Shown here: positions 26,853-42,060 of the stretch, one piece after another
How the letters are laid out: every line of letters starts with the position of its first letter
Position numbering within the stretch: position 1 is the stretch's first letter
From: the human T2T-CHM13v2.0 reference genome, Homo sapiens
Length of the DNA: 64,000 nt
Assembly (NCBI RefSeq): GCF_009914755.1
Contig: NC_060928.1
Reading direction: 5' to 3' (one strand)
Notes under the pieces: generated by a model
Databases searched by the model: none
What the model was told of the DNA's origin: nothing
Seen by the model: the letters and a program-made list of their open reading frames with translations, nothing else
Made by a program: the position numbers and the translations under genes

Positions 26853-26940
26853 GTTCTGTGGAGATTTGATGGGAATAAACCAGATGCTTTAGGTCTCAAT
26901 ACTCGGCTGTACAAGTGGATACCCCAGAATGACCTTCTAG
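26853..26940 (+). pseudogene. Copy B exon 4 ([29 protein letters not shown])
   Basis: 88 nt, canonical splice sites, motif intact. Confidence 0.95.
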
Positions 26941-27780
26941 GTAACACTCTGGTGAACAAATACTGGATATATTAGTAACTGCACATTAGAGTGTTAATAG
27001 TTCATCTTGAAACAAGCTTATTGAATATTTGTTATAGGAAAACAAAAAGGAACTTCTTTATATTTATTTTCCAGTCCTAGGGGAAAAGAATATACTATAA
27101 TTGTTGGCATTTTGTGATACACACTCACATTCTTTATGGTCAGAATCAGAGAGAATCTTTATTTCAGGTGTTATTATATCTCACAGAATTTTTCAATATC
27201 TTCCTTGGCTGTCTCTCTGTCTCCTATTTCTACAGCTTTACACCTGTTTTCTCCTCTCCTGCAGGGTTATTTCAAATGCCACTAAATATAATAGCTCTTC
27301 TATCACCAGTGACTCTGTATTTTCCGGAGGACTAAATTCCTAATCTTAATCTTAAAGTAATGACACATTTCATGATGAAGTGTAACCTGTCTTTCCTCAA
27401 TCCTAGCACCACCAACAACCCACTGCCTGCTGCCTTGCATACCCCGCATATCACACTCTGTGACTGTACTTAAAATAAAACTTTATTTCATGCCCATCTC
27501 TTTGCTGTCCTCTTTTGTGCACATTTAAAAAATCTAGAATGCACTTTTCATTAGTGCAACTGAAAATCTTGTATTAAGTTTTGCAGTCTGAAGTGACACA
27601 CACCATATAGCTTTCAGTTACATCTCCTAAACAAGTACGTGCTTTTTCATCTGAAGTCTGAAAAGTAATAGCAAATTAGTTCAATGTGTTATCTAGAAAA
27701 CACTGTCACTTTCAGAGCCTTTCATTGTGCATCTCATTTTATTCCTATGAATAATTTTGCTAAAATTCATCCAATCCTAG

Positions 27781-28000
27781 GTCATCCAAAAACCAGAGCT
27801 TTTATAACTCATGGTGGAGCAAGTGGCATCTATGAGGCAATCTACCATGGGATCCCTATGGTGGGCATTCCATTGTTTTGGGATCAACCTGATAACATTG
27901 CTCACATGAAGGCCAAGGGAGCAGCTGTTAGACTGGACTTCCACACAATGTCGAGTACAGACCTGCTGAATGCACTGAAGACAGTAATTAATGATCCTTT
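27781..28000 (+). pseudogene. Copy B exon 5 ([39 protein letters not shown]...)
   Basis: 220 nt, canonical splice sites; ORF 27684..28004. Confidence 0.95.
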
Positions 28001-28419
28001 GTGAGTAGAACAATGTTTTTCACTAGGTGGTATTTGTAGACAGCTTCTCTTGTCAATAGTGAGCATGAGTTTCATCCTTTTTATGAGAGTAATTTTGAAA
28101 GAATTTAAATAATTTAACCAATCTGAAATCTGCTTTTTTTCATCTGTTATTTAAAAATTGTATTTGAACCCCATACATCTAATGAGTAACCAGTTAGTGA
28201 AACAATTTTCTAAACAAAAATAATTTTAAAATGATAAATAATATAAAAAATACATTTCTTAAAATTTTAACATAATGAACCCATAGTAGAAAGGAAGAAT
28301 AAACTTGAAATAATATAATAAAATGTTTTAATTAAATATCTAAAATGACTCAGAATATAACTATTTTCTTGCTGAAAAATTAATTTTTATCATCATTGTA
28401 ACAGACTTGAAAATGAGAT

Positions 28420-30520
28420 TTAATTTCGATAGCTTAAAATCCACCTGTTTATGCCATAAAATCCAAATATTTTTACTATGTTTACAGAGTCATGAAACTA
28501 TCATCATTATATAATTTTAGAACATTTTTATCAACACAGAAGAAACTGCAATGACACCAAAATCAATTCTCATGACTGCTTAGTCCTAGTCTAACACCAA
28601 TTTGTTTTCTTTCTATATAGGTTATTCTCTCTAGATATTTCATATAAATGGAATTATACAGTCTTGGGTGCTGTGTAAATGACATTTCACTTAGCCTAAC
28701 TTTTTGTGTTGTTTTATGGTTTTTATTTTAATTCATATGGTTGTGTGTTTTAATACTTCATTTCCTTTTCACTTGTATAATATTTTATAGTATGGATATG
28801 TCATAATTTAGTTGTTCATTTGTCAGTGCATTGGCCTTTTGATTGTTTCCAATTGTGGCTACTAGGAATATTGCTATACATGTTTTTGCATAAACATGTT
28901 TTACTTTCTTTTGGGTTGATGCTATAAGTGGAATTGCTGCCTCATGTGAGAACTGTATGTTTCTGAAGAACTGCTAAACTCTTTTCCAAAGTACTTGTTC
29001 CGTTCATCAATACCGTCAGCAGTATAACATGGTTCCAATTCCTCCACACTGTTGCCAAACCTTTTATTTTCTGTCTTTTTGTTACAGCCTTCTTAGTGGG
29101 TGTAATGATCTCTCATCCTGGTCTTGGATTGCATTTTCATTACTGCTGAAGATGTTGAGAATCTTTAAGTGTGCTTATTGATCATTCACATATCTTCTTA
29201 GAAAACATGTCTACTCCAATGCTTGGAACATTTTTACCTTTGTTATTTGTCTTATTATTAAGTTTTAAGAACTATTTATATATTATGGGACAAATCAGAT
29301 ATATACTTTTTAAATATTTTTCCCATTCTGGGTGCACTAACTTTTTACTTTTTGATGGTCTTTGAAGCACAAAAAATATAATTTTAAGTCATATTTTTAA
29401 TAATTGATTTTGTTCACACCCCAAAGATAACAATGTGAACAATTCCTTGCGGAGTCCAGCTACCATCAATTCAGCATTTATAACTACTCTCAATAAAGTT
29501 TTTGTGTAAGGAGGGTATCATCTAATGGAATACTTTAAGAATACTTTATCCCAAAGAAAATAGAAGGATAATGAATGATCAATATACCTTTAAAGAAGAT
29601 GGGAAATAATTGAAAGGCAACACAAACCAGCTTGGACAAATAGAAAAGAAATATAAAACAAAGTGGTAGATTTAAATGTGATTATACAAATACTTTCACT
29701 CAATCTAAACAGACTTTTAATAAAAGAGCAAATAATGAGTAAGGACATAAAACATTTGAAGAACACAATTAACAAATGGAATCTTATAAAGTAAAATGAT
29801 ATACACACACATATATACATAAACAATATACATGTATGTATTGTATATATCAACTTGAAGACACTTTTTCCTAGAGTACGTCAAGTAGTTAATCTTTACT
29901 TGAAGTGATATGTGGTGGGCAATAAATCAAGACTTAGGAAGTATAAAAAGATTCAATATTATGAAGACTATATAATCCAGCCATAGTGGAAATAAAGGAG
30001 GTTAAAAATACTATTACTAAAATATCTTTAAATTTTGGAAATTAACAAAATACACTTCAAAAAAGTTTAAAGTCAAGAAGTAAATCATAAGTATTCATGC
30101 ACTTTTATCACAGCAATTCTGCTCTCAATTATATACCCAACAGATATACATAAATATATAAATCTAATGCTGTATAGAAGAGTGTTCATGACAGAATTAT
30201 CAACAGTGTCCAAAAATTGTTAGCAACCCAAATATCTATTCATCATAAAATAAAGACGTAATCTGTGGTTTATCAGTCAACAGAATACTACATAGCAATG
30301 GAATTACCCAAGAACTGCTACAGTAAAGAAAAAGACACTAATGAGTACATATTATATAATTCAATTACACAAACAAGCAAAACTAATGTTGTTATTCGAA
30401 GTCAGGCTAATCCTTAGTTTTGTCCTTAGTTGGAGGACAAAAGTAGTCACTAAATGGTTCAGAAACAGAAAGTTATTCTGGGCAGGTTTTGATAGCCTAT
30501 ACCGTGACCTGAACAGTAGT
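28420..30520. mobile_element. Ancient L1M fragments (both orientations) in intron 5 of copy B
   Basis: L1M-like motifs (catataaatggaattatacagt; ggttccaattcctccacac; gtgggtgtaatgatctctcat); partly missing in copy A. Confidence 0.6.
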
Positions 30521-31721
30521 TAAATTGGTATCTTCACCCCAAGATAATGTTCAAGATGATCTTCCATTTTTGAACTATTCACTTAGTGTATGTATATTTA
30601 TCTTTTGTGTTTTATATTTAAATGTATATTTTATGAGATATATAAATCATTTACAAAATTCTAGGAATCAGATAGAAAATAAGCACAGAAAATAGAGAAA
30701 ATCCTAGAGACTCCATCATAGTCTGGCCAGTAAAAGCCTCTCTTAGAGGTAACACTTAGAGGGTAGCCACAAAAAGGGAGAGAAGCATGCCTTGGGTTGT
30801 AGCAACAAAGAATACTCCAAAAGCAGGAGAGAAGGGACAAAATGTGTAAAGTGCTAAGATGAGAACACCTTTGGAAGCTTAAAGAAAATTAGAAGGCCAA
30901 TCTAGAAGACAATGTGCAGGGGAAAAGTGTTAGAATAAGAGCTTGCCAGTGTCTTACAATGTAGGGTTCTGTAGATCAAATAACAGAGTTGAATGTTATG
31001 ATTAAAACAATGAGAAGCCAGGCAAAAATCTTAATCAGAAGAGTGCCATAATCTGACATTAATTTCTAAAAATCATTCTGGCTACAGGGTGGGAAACAGA
31101 AGGAGACAAAAGAGTAATGTAGAAGCAAAGTGACAAGCTATGAGGTATGTCACTCGCCATGATAAAATTCCTTTTTAGGAACTTACAGATGATAATTCTC
31201 ACATCGCATTTTCACAATCTTTCTTACGGCACTTAAAATGGCTCATGATGTTGAGCATGTACTCATATGCCTGTTTGAGAACTAAGAGTGTAATTGGATT
31301 GTTCATAATACAAAGGATAAATGCTTAAAGGGTGAATATCCTATTTTTCATGATGTGATTATTTCACATTGTATCAAAACATCTCATGTACCCCATAAAT
31401 ATATACACTTAATATGGACCCACAAAAACTTAAAATTAAACAATTAAAAACAATTAAAACGCCTTATATTTTCTCTGCTTGAAAAAAATTAACTTTCTCA
31501 CCTGATCTTCCATTTCTACTTTAAAAATATTTGTCAATTAGAAAAGTCCAATTTAAAAGCCAAACTTTCTATGATGACTCAAATTAAGATACACAAATTC
31601 TCTGTCATTTCTTTGACATTTACTTTGAATTATTGGACACTTTAAAAGCCTTTCATAGACTTGATATGTACAGGCAAATTAACTTACTTTCAGTGTTGGT
31701 ATCTTTATTTTTATCCTTCAG

Positions 31722-32001
31722 ATATAAAGAGAATGTTATGAAATTATCAAGAATTCAACGTGATCAACCAGTGAAGCCCCTGGATCGAGCAGTCTTCTGG
31801 ATTGAATTTGTCATGCACCACAAAGGAGCCAAACACCTTCGAGTTGCAGCCCGTGACCTCACCTGGTTCCAGTACCACTCTTTGGATGTGATTGGGTTTC
31901 TGCTGGCCTGTGTGGCAACTGTGACATTTATCATCACAAAGTGTTGTCTGTTTTGTTTCTGGAAGTTTACTAGAAAAGTGAAGAAGGAAAAAAGGGATTA
32001 G
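31722..32001 (+). pseudogene. Copy B exon 6 coding part
   Basis: 280 nt to TAG; TM helix and KKEKRD; ORF 31633..32001. Confidence 0.95.
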
Positions 32002-32214
32002 TTATGTCCGACATTTGAAGCTGGAAAACCTGATAGATGGGATGACTTCAGTTTATTCCAGCAAGAAAGATTGTGATGCAAGATTTCTTTCTTCCTATGA
32101 CAAAAAAAAATCTTTTTGAAATCTACCTTGTCAAGTGAAAATTTGTTTTTCAGAGATTTACCACCCAAGTAATGGTTAGAAATATTTTGTGGCAATGAGG
32201 AAAACACTAGGGAA

Positions 32215-32220
32215 AATAAA
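32215..32220 (+). terminator. Putative polyadenylation signal of copy B
   Basis: AATAAA in the 3'UTR-homologous region. Confidence 0.55.
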
Positions 32221-33176
32221 AAATAATATAAAGCCATATGAGCTCATATTGAAATTTGTTGCACTTATATTGAGATTTGTTGTTTTAATTTGCAAGTTAC
32301 ATGAAAAAAAATTACTCAGCTTAACTATATTTCACACATTTTACATAAACACAAGAACATTAAGAAGTCTACTGACAGTATCAGTACTGTTTTGCACATA
32401 CTCAGAATAATTTGGCTTCATTTTGCACAGGATTCTGTTGTTTTAACTGTTGCTAAAGAAACTATTACATAGTTAAATTGTATAGAAAGTTTCTCTCTGC
32501 CTTTTGATATTTTGAGATATGTAGTATTGCTTCCCTTTTACACTCCATGCAGCTTTATTGTCTAATTTTTTGCTAAAATTGATGGCCAAATGTTTACTGT
32601 TTTAAGAACTTAAGTCATTTCTCAGTGGAAATTATGTGGAATTAGAAATATAGCCACTGTTACCTGCTTCCTACTGTAAAATTTAACTATTTTGCCACAT
32701 CTTTGGTTTCATGAGCAAATTCTATTTTTTCCAGATATTTAAACATATTTGTCTGGTTGATTTTATTCTCATAGTTTTAATTACTTCAATAGTTATTTGG
32801 GAACAGGTTGTGTTTGATTAGATGGATAAGTTTTTTAGTGGTAATTTCTGAGGTTTTGGTGCACATATCATGTGAGAAGTGTACCTTGCACTGAATGTAT
32901 AGTCTAGTATCCCTTGCCCCCCTCCCACCCTCCCATCTGAATCCTTAGAGCCCATTATATCATTCTTATGCCTTTGCATCCTAATAGCTTAGATCCCACT
33001 TATAAGTGACAACTGATGATGTTGAGTTTTCTATTCCTGAATTACTTCACTTAGAATAATGCTCTGCCACTTCATGCAAGTTGCTGTTAATGCCATTAGT
33101 TTGTTTCTTTTTACAGCTTAGTAGTATTCCATGGTATATATGTATATATAGTATCTATATGCATGTGTGTGTATAT

Positions 33177-33181
<5 letters not shown>

Positions 33182-33211
<30 letters not shown>
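33182..33211. repeat. (TG)~15 microsatellite
   Basis: TG run abutting the MER11 LTR. Confidence 0.9.
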
Positions 33212-33214
<3 letters not shown>

Positions 33215-34290
33215 CAGGGGAACCCACCCTCAATATTTCAATGGAGTTTCTTTCTATTTTCCATAAGTGTTGGCTGGCTGAGAAATAAAGATAAAGAGTA
33301 CAAAGAGAGGAATTTTACAGCTGGGCCACCGGGGTTGACATCACATATTGGTAGGACTGTGATGTCCACCCGAGCCTCAAACCAGCAAGTTTTTTATTAA
33401 GGGTTTCAAAAGGCAGGGGTGGGGGGGTGTAAGAACAGGGAGTAGGTACAAAGATCACATGCTTCAAAGGGCAAAAGGCAGAACAAAGATCACATGCTTC
33501 TCAGGGAACATGGCAAAGAGCAAAGCAGAGCTACTGATAAGGGTCCAAAAAAGATCACAAGGCAAAGGGCAAAAGCAGAACTACTGATAAGGGTCTATGT
33601 TCAGCAGTGCACGTATTGTCTTTATAAACATCTTAAACAACAGAAAACAGGGTTCGAGAGCAGAGAACTGGTCTGACCACAAATTTACCAGGGTGAAGTT
33701 TTTCCCCACCGTAATAAGCCGGAGGGTACTGCCGGAGACCAGGGCATATCTCAGCCCTTATCTCAACCGCATAAGACAGACATTCCCAGAGTGGCCGTTT
33801 ATAGACCTCCCCCCAGGAATGCATTCCTTTCCCAGAGTACTAATATAAATATTCCTTCCTAGGAAAAGAATTTGGTGATATCTTCCCTACTTACACGGCC
33901 ATTTATAGGCTCTCTGAAAGAAGAAAAATATGGCTCTTTTTGCCCGACCCCACAGGCAGTCAGACCTTATGGTTGTCCTCCCTTCTCCCCTAAAAATTGC
34001 TGTTATTCTGTTCTTTTTCAAGGTGCGCTGATTTCATATTGTTCAAACACAAGTTTTACAAGCAATTTGTACAGTTAACGCAATTATCACAGTGGTCCTG
34101 AGGTGACATACATCCTCAGGTTACAAAGATAACAGGATTAAGAGATTAAAGTAAGACAGGAGTAAGAAATTATAAAAGTATTATTTGGGAACTGATAAAT
34201 GTCCATATTAAAATGAAATCTCACAATTTATGTTCCTCTGCCTCAGCTCCAGCCAGTCCCTCCATTCGGGGTCCCTGACTTTCTGCAACA
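33212..34290 (-). mobile_element. Full-length MER11 (HERV-K HML-8) solo LTR
   Basis: Reverse complement starts TGTTGCAGAAAGTCAGGGACCCCGAATGGAGGGAC and ends GGGTTCCCCTGATA; ~1.08 kb; flanks tgtgtg/tctgtg fit a 6-bp TSD. Confidence 0.9.
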
Positions 34291-37200
34291 TCTGTGTGTG
34301 TGTGTATGGATGTATACTACATTTTCTTTATCCACCTATTGGTTGGTTGATGTGCATTTAGGCTAGTTCCATTCTTTTTTTTTAATTGCAAATAGCTCTG
34401 TTGTAAACATGTATGTGTGTGGGTCTTTTTCATATAAAAACTTTCTTTCCTCTGGGAAGATACACAGTAGTGCGATAGGTGGAGCAAATGGTATTTCTAC
34501 TGTTATTTCTTATAGAAATCTTCATATGGTTTTCCATTGTAGTTGTACTAGTTTACCTTCTCATAGCAGCATAAAAGTGTCCCCTCTTTACCACATCCAT
34601 GCCAATATTTTATTATTTTTGGATTTTTAAATTATATGCATTCTTTCAGGAGTATGGTGGTATTGTATTGTGGTTTTGATTTGCATTTTCCTGATAATTA
34701 GTGAAGTTGAGCATTTTTTCATATATGTTGGCCATTTATATATCTTCTTTTGAGAACTGTCTATTTTTTACCTTAGCCTACATTTTGTTGGGGTTATTTG
34801 TTTTCTCCTGTGGATTATTTTTTTTAATATTTTTTTATTTTTTATTTTTTGCTATTTGAAGATTCTGGACATTAGTCCTTTGTGAGATGCATAGTTCATG
34901 AATATTTTCCACTACTCTGCGAGTTGTCTGTTTACACAGCTGATTATTTCTTTTGCTGGCAGAAGTTTTTTAGTTTAATTAAATCACAACTATTTATCTT
35001 TGTTTTAGTTGCATTTGCTTTTGGATTTTTGGTCATGAGGTTTTTACCTAACCTAATGTCTAGAAGAGTTTTCCCAATGTTACATTCTAGAATTTTGTAT
35101 TGTTTCAGGTCTCAGATTTCCTTATTTGATCCATCTTGAGTTGACTTTTTATAAGGTGAGAGACAAAGATGCAGTTTCATTCTTCTACATGGGGATTGCC
35201 AATTATTCCGCCCCATTTGTTGAATAGTGTGTCATTTCCCCACTTTATGTATTTGTTTGCTTTGTCAAAGTTCAGTGGGCTGTAAGTATTTGTCTTTATT
35301 TCTGGTGTCTCTCTTCTGTTCCATTGATCTGCATGCCTGTTTTTATACCGATACCATGTTGTTTTGGTAACTTGTAATATGCCTTGTAATATGTTGGGTA
35401 ATGTGATGCCTACAGATTTCTTCTTTTTCTTAGTCTTTCTTTGGCTATGCAGGTTTCAAAGCTGAGAATCAAATAAAGAACTCATCCATTTTGAAAATAG
35501 TTGCAAAGAAAAAAGAAAAACAAAACAAATTACTAAGGAATATACCTAACCAAGAAGGTGAAAGACCTCTACAAAGAAAACTACTAAACACTGCTGAAAA
35601 ACGTCATAGATGACACAAACAAATGGAAATACATCCCATGCTCATGGATGGGTAGAATCAATTTTATGAAAATGAGCGTACTGCCAAAAGAAATCTATAA
35701 ATCCAATTCAATTCTCATAAAAATGCCATCATCATGCTTAAGAGAACTAGAAAAAACAATCCTAAATTTCATATGGGTTTGATTATCATTTTTGACCTTT
35801 AATAACAAATGTAAGTCCTTTATTTTAGGTTGTGATAATATAGAAATTGCACTCTAAAGGGACTGACTGAATGTTCAATCTTGCTAAATATACAGGTACA
35901 TATATATGTCCATTTCTTTTAAAACAAGACACAGCATCAACTAGCTAATAGATATGCTGTGAAATTTAATGTGTATTTTGAAGACACCTTGAAATAATTA
36001 TCATTATTCTACATAACTATACTTTAAATGATCATATCTATTTTTTTATTTTCCACAGAGATTTTTGATTCATCCCTCCTATAAATGTAATATGTAAACA
36101 TAAATTTTTAGTAAGTCAAAAAATATATACAAAGGATACCAAAAAGTTTATAAATTTTGTGGAAAACAGCTAAATCAAGCCATAAATCTCCTTTAATCTA
36201 CACATCAGGGAAGCACTTTATGATCAGACTAGTCCAGATTAACAGAAACCTAGTTGTCTTTGTCACTAGAAGTCTTACCATTAACTACTTCTCACAAAAA
36301 TATTCTACTGCATAAGGTCTGATTAAAAACATATATATGCACATATATGTATATGTATAATTATATAGACATAGATGAATCATGTAATATACATATACAC
36401 ACCCACTTGAAAACATTGATGAGATAGATTATAGAAAATTTTATACAAATCATCTAGGAATTAATACAGATATAAAGAAACACAGAACTTATATAGTGCC
36501 AAAGATTAATAATGTTGTTTTATCATGCTTATAAATCTGAATTAATTCACATAAAACCTATCCTATGACACACATAACAAAAGATTGGTATCCATTGTTC
36601 AGTGAGAACTACAAATCACTAACCAAAACTGACAAACAATCTAATTAAAAAGTGATTAAAATATGAAGAAGCAATTCAAAGTAAAAATGGCCCATAAGAC
36701 ATAAAAGATTAAAAAGTTACTGATGCTCAGTAAAATAGAATTAATGCCAACAAATTGATGTCATACAGAAGATTTGCACCCTATAAAAACCTGAGAAATC
36801 TATTTTGAGGGAGTATAATTTGAAATAACCCTTTTAAATAAAATGTAAATATGCCATTTGAAACTGAAGTTCTACACTTAGGAATCTGTCATGAAAAATC
36901 CATGCACATCAGCACATGTATGAACAGAATGATTCCTCCAGCACTTAAATGGCTTTCAGCCACTGAAAACATGTACCTCCAACAAATGTATGAGGGGAGC
37001 CATTGCAGAAAACAGGCTGATTATCACATTGCTAAACAGAAAAAGTAGTTTCCAGAAAAAAAAAGTATTTTTTGCAATGAAATAAAATATATGTAAACTA
37101 GTACAAACAAGAAAGAATCTCAAAAAACACATGTAATTACAAGGATGAAAATTTTAATTTTTATTCTATATAATTCTGCAATGTTTAACTTTCCACAAAG

Positions 37201-37752
37201 TTTTCATGTATTAATTATCATATTTAAAGTTTAATTTGTGAAATAAGCACATCCATTTAAGACAGAAAATTTCAAAATGTGACATCGCATTATTAATTCG
37301 CTAGTGTTATTCAAAAAACTTGATAATGTTTCTCATATATTATTTTATCCACTTGCAGGTTGTTTTTAGGACAATCCTTCTAGTTTTGAAAATATGTATG
37401 AATAAATATAATACAATGTTTAAAAATTGCAATAATTGTAGAAACCTAAATTCATGCAATTTTAATATTTTTCTTGTACTATTTTTAATATTTTATGAAT
37501 CATACAATAGTTTAATAACTTCTGCTGCCTTCTTCAAAGGGTTATATTTGTTGTTATTTTGAGACATGAATATAAATACATTGACAATTTTCCTATCAAT
37601 TAATATCCCCTCCTTTTGAAGTTTGGCAAACTTTGTAGCTGTCTCAACAAAAAGAATGTAATGAAAATAATGTGGCTAAACTTTCAAAGCTCTGCTGGAA
37701 ACACAGCGTGTTCTCCTTCTGTTTCTCTCTCTCTCTCTTTCTGTTTCTTTCT

Positions 37753-39865
<2,113 letters not shown>

Positions 39866-40334
39866 TGTTTCTTCTTTTCATGTCTTTTTTTTCGCTCACT
39901 ATTACTAAATAACTCAACCTGTAGTCCCCATAATAAATGACAATTTGTAGAGAGATACAAATATATGCCTAAGGAATCCTGGTAGCCCACTAGCACTTTG
40001 AGCCTTTCAACACGAATCTCTAAGTATGTAAGTGAATGATCTTCATATAATTACAGACCCAGGCACCATAGAAAAGTAGCTACCTAAGAAACTCTGTGAA
40101 GGAACACATAACTGACCCCACCTAACACACAGATTCTGAGAGATGATAATAAAGTGATTACAGTTGTTTTAAGGCCCTACATTTGAAAACTATTTGTTAT
40201 GCAGTGATACACACCTGGAATAATAATTCTACATATTTTAAATTATATATGTAATAAAATTACAATTAATATATATCTACATAATGGGAAACTGTGATAC
40301 TACACTTGGAAAATATCTGTACCCCAAATAGGAG

Positions 40335-40560
40335 AGTCAATATAACCTGGTGGTTAAGAGCTGGCACTCTGGATCCAGATGGCCTTGATTCAAGTCTTAG
40401 AAACCACTGTATAATGATGTGGGACTGGACAAGTTACTTGAACTTCATTTGACTCAGCTTCCTCACCAATGAAATGGCAATAGTTGTCATCACATTATCA
40501 ATATCATGGGTTGCTGAAAGAACGAATTCATTAATATTGCAAAGCACTAACAATTGTGTG
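40335..40560 (+). mobile_element. MIR
   Basis: tggtggttaagagc...ggacaagttacttgaacttc...ctcagcttcctcacc; paralog at ~55965-56190. Confidence 0.8.
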
Positions 40561-41199
40561 TACAGCAAAATAAAATTGTACTATTATCATTAAACAAGTC
40601 AAAAAATTTCCACAATAATAATTTTAGTGTTCATATAATTGCATAATATATTATAGTTTCAAAACATGCTATGTTTCTAATGCAAATGATAAAAATGACA
40701 GTATTTACTATTTCAAGCATGTGGGAATTAAACTTGGAGCATAAACCAAGGGCTGACAAACTATGGCCTCTTGGCTGGTCAAATCTTGTCAGCTACTTGT
40801 TTTTTAAAAAAATAATTGGTATAATAATTTCACACCACAAAATTATACACTTTAAGCATTTAATCTTTATGATTCATTGGCATTTAACACATTTGAAATG
40901 TTCTGCCACTACCACCACTATCTAGATCCAAATTATTTTTTTCACTTCAAAAGGAAGCTTTACACCCATTAGAGAGTCATCTCGCATTCTCCCATTATCC
41001 GTGCCTTGCAACCTGGCATTATGTGTTGGCATCATTGTATAGCTTATTGGGTATATAACTTCAACAAAGTGTTTTATTTTTTCTTACTTCTAACATGTCC
41101 TATTTGTTTCTAAACAGCAATTTTATGATGCATAAAATTAAACTTCTATGTTCTGATTTCTCTGTTATTAAATATATTCAGAGGTGTTCTGATTTACAT

Positions 41200-41782
41200 T
41201 GTTGTGAGTTCTCTCCAATTTTATATTGAAGTATTTTCTTGAGAATGGCCATAAACCAAGATCCTGGAAAGCTCTGAATAAGGTGGGGAAGTGAGTTTCA
41301 GATATATGAGTCCGGTAAAATATAACGAAATGAGAAAGAAAGAACAAAATGCAAAGGTAGAAGAAATTTATTACTCACAGTTCCTAAGTGATGTTAGGGA
41401 TGATGATAGGAAACTGACAGAAAGTCCAGAGGTGGTAGAGAGCTCAACCAGCTGCCTAGAAGTGCGAGGGGGAACCCTTGTAGGAAGGCTTTTATTAAGG
41501 ACCTTAGGTATTATTTCCTAGGCTTCTCCGCAGGAGTTGAGGAATGGCTAGCTTAAGGGAACACACATGAAGGGGAAAATTATCATATGACTCTGGTATT
41601 GATCATTAGGTTATATCATGGTCATCACCTCTGTGATGTGTTGCGTTTCTGGGTCATTAGGATGAGAAACATGTAGACTCTATCTCAAAGAAGGGAAGTT
41701 TTAACAAAGGCAATAGTGACAACCTATGACTAGGTCTTAAGCAACTCATGTTAAGCCTAAAAATCAATGCTGAGGCAAAACA
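41200..41782 (-). mobile_element. ERVL-type LTR (MER54/MER73/MER74-like)
   Basis: tttattactcacagttcc (antisense poly-A region) and the terminus tgctgaggcaaaaca; subfamily uncertain. Confidence 0.5.
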
Positions 41783-41942
41783 AACTTACGACGAGAAGGT
41801 AGACAGACATTTTAGAAGAAATGTGACCTAGCCGCTTCTGGATTGGTAGTATAAAAAGTACCATGAATCAGCTTCTAAATGTAACAAGAATAAATAGTGA
41901 AAATTGTTTTTAGAGACAACTATGCAAACATATTAGGAGAAG

Positions 41943-42060
41943 TTGACTGCAGTGGCATGCACCTATAGTTCCAGCTACTCAGGAGGCTGAGGAAGGTGGA
42001 TTACTTGAGCCCAGGAGTTCAAGGCCAGCCTGGGCAACTTTGTGAAACTACACCTCTTTA
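41943..42060 (+). mobile_element. FLAM-like free Alu monomer
   Basis: gtggcatgcacctatagttccagctactcaggaggctgaggaaggtggattacttgagcccaggagttcaaggccagcctgggcaac; its A-tail is displaced to ~42521. Confidence 0.8.

Larger units (their letters stand above)
17676..32001 (+). pseudogene. UGT2B24P: UGT2B (2B11/2B28/2B10-like) copy B, six exons, 529-codon frame open but start codon ATA
   Basis: Exons 17676-18396, 19688-19836, 23924-24055, 26853-26940, 27781-28000 and 31722-32001 sum to 1590 nt. All splice sites are GT-AG. The sequence is ccaggATAgttctgaaatgg where paralogs have ccaggATG. The symbol is tentative. Confidence 0.75.
32775..35776 (-). mobile_element. L1PB-like element with 5' inversion, interrupted by a MER11 LTR
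   Basis: Minus-strand 3' part at 32775-33150 and 34300-35453; plus-strand ORF2 piece at 35455-35776 ending ...ttcatatgg. Confidence 0.8.

Noticed and set aside
33440-33600. Short tandem-like repeats (aaagatcacatgcttc, ctactgataagggtc)
   Set aside because: Intrinsic internal repeats of the MER11 LTR, not an array or CRISPR.
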